Assembly: GCA_044356455.1 (NCBI GenBank)
Contig: JBIKWF010000039.1
Location: 1 to 34,718 of the forward strand
Direction: 5' to 3'
From: Bdellovibrionota bacterium
GTDB taxonomy: Bacteria; Bdellovibrionota_C; UBA2361; JBGSMV01
DNA length: 34,718 nt
How positions within the stretch are numbered: the stretch's first letter is position 1; each line of letters opens with the position of its first letter. Below, piece after piece: positions 9,311-18,353 of this stretch. The position numbers and the translations under genes were made by a program. Under the pieces are notes generated by a model. That model was not told the origin of the DNA. It ran no database searches and saw only the letters and a program-made list of their open reading frames with translations.

Positions 9311-10198
9311 CTAAAGAAGGCCCCGGTCCTCATGTGTGGTGTGTGGCTGGCGCTTCGAGGTCGAAATATGGAATCGATCTTCCGTGAGAAATGCCCAAAC
9401 CTTTCTAGCCCAACCGACAAGAGCCTCGACCCTTGAGGAAGCTTTTCCTTCCGAAGATTCGCGGGCCTGCTTCTCGATAGCTCGCAAACTGGTTCTCAAA
9501 TGCAACACACCTACCGTGGGGCATTTTCTCTCGAGCTGCGCACTTTCTACAAAAAGTTCTCTTAGTTCTGAACTTTGCTTCGGGAAGTTCCAATCAAGCG
9601 CGGCAATTTGGCGAACTCTACAATCTTTTGCCAAGAGATGAGGATGGAATACTTCGGGCGTGTGCAAACACATGAGACGTAAAACCGCCAAGTCGCCGCC
9701 CATCACGCCCGCCGTTACTAAGCTGTCAAAGTCAGTTTTCGCAGGGTCTTCCTTCGGTGCGGCTGCTTCGGCCAAGACCCGCCGCCTCGCAATTTCGTCT
9801 CTGAGCAGCGCGCCAAGCGCGGAGTCAATTTCTTTAAACGCTCTCCACTCCGCCTGCCACTCCTTAAGTCCTCGTTTGCCTGATATTCTTGATGGCGCCG
9901 AGGCTTCCGGTTCTTCGGTGTTGACGATTTCGCCGTTTAGAACCTCCTCTCGCTCCGAAATAAGGGATTCTAGTTCGGAGAGGCGTACGTCGCTCATTGT
10001 GGTCAGTTTGTCTGCTGAAGCAAGAAGGAACTCGGCTAGAGGGGTAAGGGGGGGCTTGGAAAGCAGTTCCTTGGCCGCTGTTGAAAGTATGAGGGGCGAA
10101 AGCTCAAAAGAGCTTTCAGGCGTGCGAGGAGGTATAAGCTCCTCATCCCGGGGAAGAAGTCTGTCAGGGTGATGAGGTTCCGGTGACATCCCGTCCAT
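9311..10198 (-). CDS. Hypothetical helical protein
   Basis: 295-aa ORF with ATG start and purine-rich upstream region. No family recognised. Confidence 0.6.
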   Translation of the reverse strand: MDGMSPEPHHPDRLLPRDEELIPPRTPESSFELSPLILSTAAKELLSKPPLTPLAEFLLASADKLTTMSDVRLSELESLISEREEVLNGEIVNTEEPEASAPSRISGKRGLKEWQAEWRAFKEIDSALGALLRDEIARRRVLAEAAAPKEDPAKTDFDSLVTAGVMGGDLAVLRLMCLHTPEVFHPHLLAKDCRVRQIAALDWNFPKQSSELRELFVESAQLERKCPTVGVLHLRTSLRAIEKQARESSEGKASSRVEALVGWARKVWAFLTEDRFHISTSKRQPHTTHEDRGLL

Positions 10199-10335
10199 AG
10201 GAGGGGAGGCTATGCCTAATCCGTGAGCTAAACAAACGAAAAATATGGCAATGCCGATGTCCTGGCGATCAGCCGGATAGGCTCATTTTCTTAGCGCCGC
10301 GAACCAAGATATCCTTAGCTCTACGGTGGTACCCC

Positions 10336-11643
10336 ATGGAGCGCGACCTTTTAGTTTCAAGAGCTGCGGCACGGTGTGCAGTTACCGGACAGGAACTCGT
10401 GGACGTAGCGTTTCCAGAGTTAGGGAACGCCACGGAGGCTCTTCTTCAACCAGGCAACTTTAGGAGAGGGGCCTGGGTTTCCGTAGGCCATGAAGGAAGA
10501 TTGCCTCTAGTGGCTGAAGTCGCAGCTGCCGCACAGGCGCTAGGAGTTGCCCCGACCACTCTGTCTCAAGGCCCCCTTTCGAGTGAGTGGCTCAGTGCGG
10601 GGCTGCGTTGGTACGGTCGGGCACGTTTCTTTGAACTAGTAAATGCAATCGCAGATAGCAACGGGAGTGGTTTGTTAGGCGCTGATACCTCCGAGCCTGG
10701 TTGTGAAGAGTTGCTTCGTTTTCTTACTCAGGGCTACCACTTTCCATCTTTGGTGCAGGCGGAGCTCGAAAGTAAATCTCAGTATCTTCGGTTTCTTCCC
10801 TATGGGACCTTCTCTCCCCATGAGGCCCTCGAGTGCCTTCATGATCAGCTAAGAACTAAGCGCTTTATTCAGGCGGTGTGTGCGCACTGCGAGGATCTTT
10901 TGGGAGAGCGCCAGGGGGAGCTGTCTGTAGTAGATGCGGGTTGTGGGCCTCTCCCGGTGCTCGCAATCGCGGCAGCCTACTGCTCGCCGCGAGTGAGAGT
11001 AGTCGGCTTAGAATCAAATCCCGCCTCTGCCGACATTGCGAAGCGCATTGTTTCGAGTTTGGGTTTAGATTCACAGATCGAGATCGTGGAGACAAATGCG
11101 GTTGCTTGGAAAAGTGCCCTGCCGATCGATCTTCTTGTTTCGGAAACCTTGGATTCAGGACTCGTGCGCGAGAATTTTCATCAGATTGTTAATCATCTTC
11201 GGCCCTATCTTTCCCGTAAAGGACGGATAGTGCCTGAGCACCTCGAGATTCAAGGAGGGTTTGCGCAACCCGAGGAATTCTCCCGCGATCATTTGGAGCC
11301 AATTCTTAAATGGAAGACGGACGAAGCTTTGGGAGAGAGGATTTCCTTGCCGCTCTCTTATGCCCTCGGAGAGCTTAATCCTCGTGAGGGGGGCGCCGTG
11401 GTGGTTCAAACGCGGCTCACTCTTTATCAAAGACGAAATGATAAGGAGCCTATTGAGTTAAACCCTGGGGAGTCTCTCATTACTCGCCGGGTGGTGCTTC
11501 GTGACGCGGAGCAGGTTCTTGCTGACCTTCAGAGTGAGGATGACACCCGTGGAGCTCCGTCACGAGACCAAGTAGTGAATATCTCTTACCACTATCCACC
11601 AGGGCATCGATTGTTACTTACTGCCAAAACTGCGCCTTCTTGA
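10336..11643 (+). CDS. Class I SAM-dependent methyltransferase, PRMT-like
   Basis: Motif I VVDAGCGP, post-I VVGLESN, and DLLVSETLDSGLVRE...YLSRKGRIVP resembling the PRMT double-E loop. Confidence 0.75.
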   Translation: MERDLLVSRAAARCAVTGQELVDVAFPELGNATEALLQPGNFRRGAWVSVGHEGRLPLVAEVAAAAQALGVAPTTLSQGPLSSEWLSAGLRWYGRARFFELVNAIADSNGSGLLGADTSEPGCEELLRFLTQGYHFPSLVQAELESKSQYLRFLPYGTFSPHEALECLHDQLRTKRFIQAVCAHCEDLLGERQGELSVVDAGCGPLPVLAIAAAYCSPRVRVVGLESNPASADIAKRIVSSLGLDSQIEIVETNAVAWKSALPIDLLVSETLDSGLVRENFHQIVNHLRPYLSRKGRIVPEHLEIQGGFAQPEEFSRDHLEPILKWKTDEALGERISLPLSYALGELNPREGGAVVVQTRLTLYQRRNDKEPIELNPGESLITRRVVLRDAEQVLADLQSEDDTRGAPSRDQVVNISYHYPPGHRLLLTAKTAPS

Positions 11644-12027
11644 CGTGGCTGAAGTTTAGGCGAGTCACTCGAGTCTCTTTTGACCCTAATGATAGTACCC
11701 ACGAGGAGCTAGTCCGCGGCTGCAATTCGACTATTGGCCTCTCTCGTGCAATAGGACAGTAAGAGGTCCAGGAGAACTCCTCCCTTGTGAACCTCTCTCT
11801 CGCGAGGGCTCTTACCGAGTCTACGAAATGCTCTCACGTAGCAGAGTCCATAGGGGGCGGTTCTCGGCCCTTTAATTTTAGTGACTTACCCCATTCTTGC
11901 GACTTCCTTTCGCCGCGTGAAGGTTCCATTCAAGTGCGCCGGGCCCCGTGTCGACTTAGATACCTAACACAGAGCAAGGTCCCGTCCCCAATTGGAAGTA
12001 AATGTGTAAGGGGGTGTCAGAAGACGT

Positions 12028-12519
12028 ATGCAGCATCCACATCAGTCAGCGGTTGTCGAGACTCCTGAGGGTCTCTCAGCTGCGCAGCAGGAAGGGCTTG
12101 TTCGCGCGCGCCGGACGGCGTTTGTCGCGCGCTTTATCGTTCTTCGCGAGGCAAAACGCTCTCGCGCACATAGGACGATAGAATTGATGGAGTGGTCCGA
12201 CAGTGCGACGACCGAAGAGCTTTATCAAAAAATTCGGCAAGTTTTTGTCGATAACGGAGATAACATGACTCCGGTGGATAGGGACTTGAGACGTGCCATG
12301 GCACACTCTATGCGCTCGCTTCATTACTTCATCCACGAGTATTCTGCGCGGTCGACCGTATCGTTTATCGATGCGCTCTTTGACTATGAGCGCTCGAATA
12401 AGTTGCTTTTCGGTGAAGATGAGCAACCAAAGTTAGGGGGCTGGCGCCTCCCGTCCGAGCTCTTGCGTATGCGAGAGAAGGCTCGAACGGAGCCGGGCGT
12501 CGCTAGTAACGGCAGATGA
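12028..12519 (+). CDS. Hypothetical protein coupled to the FlhB-C-like gene
   Basis: 163-aa ORF with an ATGA overlap with the next gene. Confidence 0.7.
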   Translation: MQHPHQSAVVETPEGLSAAQQEGLVRARRTAFVARFIVLREAKRSRAHRTIELMEWSDSATTEELYQKIRQVFVDNGDNMTPVDRDLRRAMAHSMRSLHYFIHEYSARSTVSFIDALFDYERSNKLLFGEDEQPKLGGWRLPSELLRMREKARTEPGVASNGR

Positions 12520-12779
12520 AGAAAGATCACGCGGCAGCACTGCAGTACCATGAGAGTGAGCAACTTCCGCGTGTCATCGCTTCTGGCGCAGGTGAGGTAG
12601 CCCGCCAAATCCTGCGCATCGCCGAAGAGCATGATATCCCCGTCTATCAAGATGAGGCGCTTAGTCAGCTACTTCAGCATCTCCCCCAAGGTGCTGAAGT
12701 GCCCAAGGAAGCCTATCAAGTGGTAGCGGAAGTATTGTGTTTCCTCTATGCCCTCGATCAGGAGCGGGCGAATCAATAA
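12516..12779 (+). CDS. FlhB C-terminal-like protein (EscU/YscU/HrcU switch family, YlqH type)
   Basis: AAALQY...PRVIASGAGEVARQILRIAEEHDIPV...L...EVP...YQVVAEVL signature. Confidence 0.9.
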   Translation: MKKDHAAALQYHESEQLPRVIASGAGEVARQILRIAEEHDIPVYQDEALSQLLQHLPQGAEVPKEAYQVVAEVLCFLYALDQERANQ

Positions 12780-12833
12780 TGACTTGCCCCGCGGCACTGT
12801 TGTTTCGATTCCGTGAATTCTAGTTGATAGACC

Positions 12834-13865
12834 ATGCAACCTGCTTCTCGCTATTCTCTGGGGACGATCTCCCTCCTTGCTGGGCTCGTAATAGGTTTTG
12901 TTCCCGCCACAATCTTCTATAAATACTATACAACTCAGGGAGACCTCGGTTCTCTTCTCTGGCCAATAGTCGCAGGATCCTTGTTTGCGCTGGTTGCGGT
13001 AGGATTGATTTGGAAGGGGATCTTCTATTTGTGTGCCTCGGACGAAGCCATTCTCAGATACGAGCAGAGGCTTCGGGAGGTGAACCTCGAAATTCGAAAT
13101 TCTTTCGTCAGGCAGTCGTTCACTACGAAGCGGATTACTGACGAGATCGACTATTTTCGGATGTTTGCACTTTTTGCGCTTGGGTCCCTGATAGCGGTCT
13201 ATGCGGCCCTCTCAAGCCTTGCGCTCGGAAGATTTTCCTTTCGGGATACCTTCTTCGAGCGAGGAGTAATCAGTGTCATAGGATCTGTTCCGTCTTGGTT
13301 CCACTCTCTTCCGCAAGTTCCAGAAGACTGGGCCATGGTTATTGAGCTAGGGGGAGGCGTGCTTGCGGCTTTTCCCCTACTCCAAATGCTTTTTTACCTG
13401 CCGCAGAGGATTCGATATGGGCGCTCGGAGATTCTTTTTGAGCGCTATCCGTTGATGCTTGGGGAGGTTGCCCATGGGAAATTTAGAGGCAGGTGGCTTG
13501 ATTTTGAATTTGACTCGATTGAGGCGGCGATCACGTTAGCTATTCCAGTTAAGCGTTCTGATTTGAATTCTCGGAGGCGCGGACGGGATCACACTGAAGC
13601 TAAGGAAACACGTATGAAAGTAATTGAGACCTGGCCCGCAACTCTGAAGCGACCAGTGGCGGGTTTGGACTCTTACTTGCCGTTCGAAATTGTGATTGAA
13701 CCAAATTCGGAAATTGAAGGTTACATCATGGGCAGAACCTGCCTGTGGGAGCTAAAACTTCACGCGCAAAGGCCTGGGCTCGATTTTCGGCGCACGTATC
13801 GGGTTAAGGTTGCTCTGAACCCAGAGAGCAAAAATCTCAATGCTGACAGAGCCCTTCTAAGCTAA
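12834..13865 (+). CDS. Hypothetical membrane protein (about 4 TM helices, beta-rich C-terminal domain)
   Basis: 343-aa ORF with four hydrophobic segments. Confidence 0.7.
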   Translation: MQPASRYSLGTISLLAGLVIGFVPATIFYKYYTTQGDLGSLLWPIVAGSLFALVAVGLIWKGIFYLCASDEAILRYEQRLREVNLEIRNSFVRQSFTTKRITDEIDYFRMFALFALGSLIAVYAALSSLALGRFSFRDTFFERGVISVIGSVPSWFHSLPQVPEDWAMVIELGGGVLAAFPLLQMLFYLPQRIRYGRSEILFERYPLMLGEVAHGKFRGRWLDFEFDSIEAAITLAIPVKRSDLNSRRRGRDHTEAKETRMKVIETWPATLKRPVAGLDSYLPFEIVIEPNSEIEGYIMGRTCLWELKLHAQRPGLDFRRTYRVKVALNPESKNLNADRALLS

Positions 13866-14221
13866 GGAGCCTTGGAGCAGGTCGCCCGTAATCGTCTTAA
13901 GTCATCTTAAGATTGTCCGGTTTATATGCGGACTAGAACAGTGCGTAAATAAAGGGAGAAAGGGGCGAGCTAGCCGTGGCTACAATCAGAATTCCCAAGA
14001 GAAGGAAAACCGTAACCATCGGAATTAGCCACCAGGCCTTCTTGTGCCAAAGGAGGGAGAAGAGTTGATGTACTGTTCCAGCTTTGCTCATGGTGTTCTC
14101 TTCGTAAGAATGCGCTTCGTGAATTCTTAAAACGCGGTGAGGAGTTTACCGCAACCGCATTTCTGGGCAAGCCTCACCACTTCCAATGCCATAGCACGTT
14201 TCGGGCAGTTGTTCTGGGTAG

Positions 14222-14881
14222 TTAGGCAGCTACTCGAGCTTCTTCGTCTAGAGGGAGCTTCTCGTCAATAATTCTGTCGACTTCTTCGATGAGCGAGCCA
14301 ATGGCATAAGCCCACACGTATTGCCCCGCCCGCTTGCCCGTTAACACCTCGGCAATTTCGCCTTTATCTTCGACGCGGTGCTTAATGAAAAGCTGCTTTC
14401 CATCAGTGAGCATAACCATGTCTGCCGGCTGCTTGTGAAGCTTAGGAAGGCGCTTTCTCAGGTAATCGATACCTCTGCGGAACCTATTTACGGGCAGCCC
14501 CTCAGCCTTCATGCGGAAGAGCCAGCAAAGCAGCACAAGATCTGGGTAAGAATACTTCTTTCTGCCGCGTGATTTCGTCTTGCCCGTGCAGGGGACGAGG
14601 TTGGTTCGAGAGTAGTAATTGAGGAGGGCGAGCCCAATTTTTTCTTCGCCGCTGGTAAGTGCCCGAAGGATTACTTGGACGTCTTTGGCCGTAAACTCAC
14701 GGTCGAGCATGTGTATGGTGGCGAGCCGCGGAGCGCCTGGCTTGGCGGCTGCTAAGGACCCAGCTTTCGCGGGAACTTGCTCTTGCGTGGGGTTACTAGC
14801 TGCTTTCTCAGGAGAGATTTTATCGATCACGTCTTTATGCTCCACCCGGATATGCCAGCCATTCGGGAGTGAGGCAATCAC
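14222..14881 (-). CDS. MerR-like HTH regulator
   Basis: FTAKDV...LNYYSRTNLVP...GRKKYSYPDLVLL...MKAEGLP resembles a MerR winged HTH. Start uncertain (ATG 14710, GTG 14881, or frameshifted from 15012). Confidence 0.7.
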   Translation of the reverse strand: MIASLPNGWHIRVEHKDVIDKISPEKAASNPTQEQVPAKAGSLAAAKPGAPRLATIHMLDREFTAKDVQVILRALTSGEEKIGLALLNYYSRTNLVPCTGKTKSRGRKKYSYPDLVLLCWLFRMKAEGLPVNRFRRGIDYLRKRLPKLHKQPADMVMLTDGKQLFIKHRVEDKGEIAEVLTGKRAGQYVWAYAIGSLIEEVDRIIDEKLPLDEEARVAA

Positions 14882-15175
14882 GTTCGCGAGAGTTACATCC
14901 TCGCGAAATCGAAAATTGTCTACCCAAAAAGTCAGCGTTCAAAAACTTCTCTACCTATGCCTTTCAGGCTTCGAGACTTGCTCTCGAATAGATAGGAAGC
15001 TTTCTTCTTCACATCATATTACTTTTTCTTACTTAAACGTAGGATAAGCTACTGTCAATGCACAATCTTTCTGCATTGTCCAATATGCCCTCTTGACTAG
15101 AAGGAGAGTCGGCTTGAGCGGGCCTTGCCTCAATATTTTGAAGCGAAATTTGTTCAACGCGCTTAAACCAGTGGG

Positions 15176-16018
15176 CTATTCTTTGTCGTTAAAGAGCGCG
15201 AGGGCCACGGGAACTTGGTCAAAGCCATTTAAGGAAATGGCCTCAGCGCTATTCGGCTTGCCTCCGGTAGTAGGGGAAACGAAAAGCTGAGCCGAGCCAC
15301 CTCCATCTAGATTGAGCGCAGTCTTGCAGCCCACATTTTCATCGAGAAGAAGGTCTTGAAGCTCCGAAAAGGTCAGGCCCCGAAATCCAGCTGAGCTTGC
15401 GACGAGAATGAGGCGACCTTGCTGGTCAAGGCAGACGGCAGAGCGGCCTGTGCGAGTAAGGTCAGTAATGTCCTTGGACCGGACTCCATCGACAACCAAT
15501 CTTGGGCCGGCCTGAACCGCATCCAGAACTGCAGCTCCGGTAAAGGCTTGGCGGGGAATAATGCTAATCCCTTGGCGCGTGCTCTGAATTATTCCTGTAA
15601 GCGTGCGCCCACTGCCATGTATTTTGTGGTGAACTATGCCGCGGCTCATCACGACGCCCAGAGGGTCGCCAGCTTCGTCAAAAAAATTGGCGTTAATGCA
15701 GACGCTTGCCTTCGCCAGACGGCAAAGAGTCTTCACTTCTGCGCGGTGCATGCCGAACTCGGCGGCTCGGATGACGCCAAGCCGATGCGACTTAAGTTCG
15801 CTACGCACGAGGACAATCGGTGAGGAGAGGAGTCCGGGAGAGAAGCTTCGTTCCGCAACTTCCAGTCCCTGAGCAATACTGCGCCAAGAGATAGTGCTTC
15901 TAGGGGTCTGGGCCCGAGCGGGCAGGGCTTTGGACACAACTAAGAGACCAATGGCTATCGCGGCCCTTGCAACGAGAGAGGGGGGGCGCGGACCTAAGAA
16001 GGAAAGGTGGGTGGCCAT
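15176..16018 (-). CDS. Phosphodiester glycosidase (NAGPA/DUF2233) family secreted protein
   Basis: INANFFD, AVQAGPRLV, RSAV, GLTFSEL, ALNLDGGGS; signal peptide. Confidence 0.9.
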   Translation of the reverse strand: MATHLSFLGPRPPSLVARAAIAIGLLVVSKALPARAQTPRSTISWRSIAQGLEVAERSFSPGLLSSPIVLVRSELKSHRLGVIRAAEFGMHRAEVKTLCRLAKASVCINANFFDEAGDPLGVVMSRGIVHHKIHGSGRTLTGIIQSTRQGISIIPRQAFTGAAVLDAVQAGPRLVVDGVRSKDITDLTRTGRSAVCLDQQGRLILVASSAGFRGLTFSELQDLLLDENVGCKTALNLDGGGSAQLFVSPTTGGKPNSAEAISLNGFDQVPVALALFNDKE

Positions 16019-16054
16019 CGCCGCTATATGTACAAGATTTTCTCAAAAGCCACA

Positions 16055-16286
16055 CCTAGGAGTGTGTCCCGTAGAGACTTAAATCTGCACCCCGGGCACA
16101 CTCCGTAGGGGGGCTGTCCCGTTGCCACCATAATATGTAGTGGTAGGAATTTTCTGCGGGACAGACTCCTAGGAGTGTGCCTCGTAGAGACTTAAATCTG
16201 CGTCCTGGGCACACTCCGTAGGGGGGCTGTCCCGTTGCCACCACAACATGTAGCGGTAGGGATTTTCTACGGGACAGAATCCTAGG
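16055..16286. repeat. Two tandem 113-bp units, each made of two small inverted-repeat modules, bounded by CCTAGG
   Basis: CCTAGG at 16055, 16168 and 16281. Modules are GGAGTGTGTCCCG..CGGGCACACTCC and GGGGCTGTCCCG..CGGGACAGACTCC. Confidence 0.9.
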
Positions 16287-16372
16287 ATGTGTCCGGTATA
16301 CCCTAAGTATTACTCCCTCTTCGTGGTCTCTGTGGTCTTTGTGGTTGTTCTGAATGAACCTGATCAGTAGGC

Positions 16373-16404
16373 AAAAAAAAGCCGGCCATCGCGGTGGCCG
16401 GCTT
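16373..16404 (-). terminator. Rho-independent terminator
   Basis: On the minus strand GCCGGCCACCGCGATGGCCGGC forms a GC stem followed by U8. Confidence 0.88.
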
Positions 16405-16600
16405 CACTGCTTGACTTTTCATACCTCGCTCGTTCAGAAGCGCCAAAGCGGCAGAGGGCAGCAGTCCACCTTATCCGCAGCGATGCCGTAACGCGGGCTT
16501 TCTGTACTCGGGGGCGGAGTATGGTGTGTGTGTGTGGTATCGGAGGATACCCCGCCCCTTTGTTAGGAAAGCACGCTTTACGTGGCTCCCGAACGCTTAC
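16373..16600 (-). ncRNA. Putative sigma54-dependent structured small RNA (~230 nt)
   Basis: Lies between a sigma54 consensus promoter and an intrinsic terminator, has several hairpins and no credible internal ORF. Confidence 0.5.
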
Positions 16601-16610
16601 CATGAGCATA

Positions 16611-16626
16611 AGCAAGTGCCGTGCCG
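16611..16626 (-). promoter_or_regulatory. Sigma54 (-24/-12) promoter
   Basis: CGGCACGGCACTTGCT versus consensus TGGCACGRNNNTTGCW, with exact GG-N10-GC spacing. Confidence 0.7.
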
Positions 16627-16752
16627 TCCCTCTTTAAGTCGGAGCTGCCCCTGCAGGGCCTCGGAGATTTAGCCGGCAGCAAGAGTTGCCGATGAGAGGG
16701 GGGCAGAGCTGCTAAAAGTGATATAGCGCCCCGGCAAGAAGTTCCTGGTACA

Positions 16753-17175
16753 GTGTTTCTTGTGAGAGAGAAAGATATTCAAGCAATTGCCAAAGGCTGC
16801 GACCTTTCGGAGCGCGCGGTGAGACGCTTTCTGGGCTCGGTTCGTGTGCCTCGCTTCGAAACTGGTGAAAATGAGCCCTCCCGAGCAGAGATTGGGAGAG
16901 ATCTCGGGTTGCGCGTGGATCAGGCTTTTCGTTCTGGCCTGGCTCAGGAAGTTTTAGGTGCCCTTGTCTCGGCGCTCAATGAGTATAAAAAATGCTGCCC
17001 GCTCGTGGTGGCATGGATTGCGCGAGGCGATTTTCGGCCCAAGGAGATTCCTGCCCAGATAAATGCGGCCACTTTGCTTCATGCCTCGCGAACGGCGGGG
17101 CGCCTCCGGGCTCTTATAATGCGCGGACGCACTGAGATGACGGCAGAGCAGGCTCCGGAGGAAATTGAGCATTAG
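16753..17175 (+). CDS. Hypothetical protein with a possible N-terminal HTH
   Basis: IQAIAKGCDLSERAVRRFL is HTH-like; 140 aa. Confidence 0.6.
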   Translation: MFLVREKDIQAIAKGCDLSERAVRRFLGSVRVPRFETGENEPSRAEIGRDLGLRVDQAFRSGLAQEVLGALVSALNEYKKCCPLVVAWIARGDFRPKEIPAQINAATLLHASRTAGRLRALIMRGRTEMTAEQAPEEIEH

Positions 17176-17211
17176 TAATCCACAGGATATCCACAGGCTG
17201 CTGGAATCATT

Positions 17212-18042
17212 TTGAAATTTCGCAATCTTGAGGTACGTTCTCAGCCTATGGATGGCGAGACATTTCGATCAAGATTACTCACGCTCTTGCAGCGCAGCAG
17301 ACAAGCACACCGCTTATATTCCTCTATGGAACGTATGCAGCGCGGTGATGCTGCTGAATTCACCGAGATGCAGGCAGCGGCGTGGCGTTCAATTAACGCA
17401 GAACTCATCAAGCAGCTGACCAGCTTTCTCGATGCTCCGCATTCCAAGCAACTTAGCAATCAAGTAGTGCTTTTGCGCGACAGGTTCCTCTCTGAGTTCA
17501 GGTCTAACGAGTCAGAAGTTCACCAGCGTCAGAAGGAGCTCATTGGTTCCTCTGAAAAGGGCGATTTCGTGCGGGCCGCGGTTCTTAGCCGCTCCTTGGT
17601 TGGGCTTAAAGCCAGGGTGCAGGCTGCTCATGCAGCATTCTCGGAACTTGATGAGCTCGTGGGAGCTCAGCGTGGTGGGCGTAAGGACGCTCCTCGAGGC
17701 GTTGAGCTCGCCGGAGGAAATGAAGCTGCTGGTCAAGAAGCAGAAGCGGCGGGTGCTGGGGTTATGGAAGCTGGGGAGGCCACATCAGAAAAGTCTTCTT
17801 CCAAGCGAACAAAAACTGGTTCAGCCTTGGCGCAGCAACTAGAGATTGAGCGCTCGGCCGCAGTGATTGGAAATGAAGAGCCCCAGCGTGTGGCGTCCTC
17901 TGCCTCTCATGGTGGTGTGGGACGTGGTGGCCGAAATGGTTATGGAACTTCCAGTGCCGTGATGTCATCGAGCGTGCGCGAGCCTGGCTCTGCGCTTCTT
18001 CCTGTGCGAGGGAAAGTCATCCCACTCCGAAAAAGATCCTAA
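17212..18042 (+). CDS. Hypothetical coiled-coil protein with a disordered C-terminus
   Basis: 276-aa ORF with a helical N-terminal ~150 aa, ending KVIPLRKRS. Alternative ATG at 17248. Confidence 0.7.
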   Translation: MKFRNLEVRSQPMDGETFRSRLLTLLQRSRQAHRLYSSMERMQRGDAAEFTEMQAAAWRSINAELIKQLTSFLDAPHSKQLSNQVVLLRDRFLSEFRSNESEVHQRQKELIGSSEKGDFVRAAVLSRSLVGLKARVQAAHAAFSELDELVGAQRGGRKDAPRGVELAGGNEAAGQEAEAAGAGVMEAGEATSEKSSSKRTKTGSALAQQLEIERSAAVIGNEEPQRVASSASHGGVGRGGRNGYGTSSAVMSSSVREPGSALLPVRGKVIPLRKRS

Positions 18043-18353
18043 GGAGCTACCGAAAAATCGAGAGGCTGACTTCTCTCTGTCCTCTCTCTCTGTTTGCCGC
18101 GACTTGTTATCGAGCTACGAGGCGAGCAGTCCAGCGCCTATGCAAGATCGTCTCGTTCAGCCCGAGCGCGCGTGAATTTGGAGCGCTCAAAGATCGTAAA
18201 GGTCTCGCATCTTCCCCCTTGATTTTTTTGCTTTAAGTGAGTTAAACAATTCTTCCGGTGGCAAGGTTGGGGTACGCCTGCGTGCAATATCGTAGTTCGC
18301 CCTAAAAACGGCAGAGTTGTTGCTTTAGCGCCTATTAAAGGGACGCACCGCTT

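Noticed and set aside
9226..9420. 64-aa ORF ending HKGRKGHKG
   Set aside because: Translation of the 9-nt repeat, overlapping a longer ORF.
11787..12068. 93-aa ORF or structured RNA in the intergenic region
   Set aside because: No convincing SD, motif, or promoter-terminator pair.
12516..12779. Type III secretion or flagellar locus
   Set aside because: Only a stand-alone FlhB-C-like gene; no other apparatus genes in the window.
13970..14170. 66-aa minus-strand ORF downstream of the MerR-like gene
   Set aside because: TTG start, no recognisable motif; cannot be supported from sequence alone.
16055..16286. CRISPR array
   Set aside because: Whole units repeat, with no unique spacers and no cas genes; the derived 62-aa ORF 16056-16244 is spurious.
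16364..16615. 83-aa minus-strand ORF
   Set aside because: It starts inside the sigma54 promoter, runs through the terminator, and has no SD or recognisable motifs.
18271..18290. Sigma54 promoter for 18354-18911
   Set aside because: GG-to-GC spacing is 11 nt, not the required 10.
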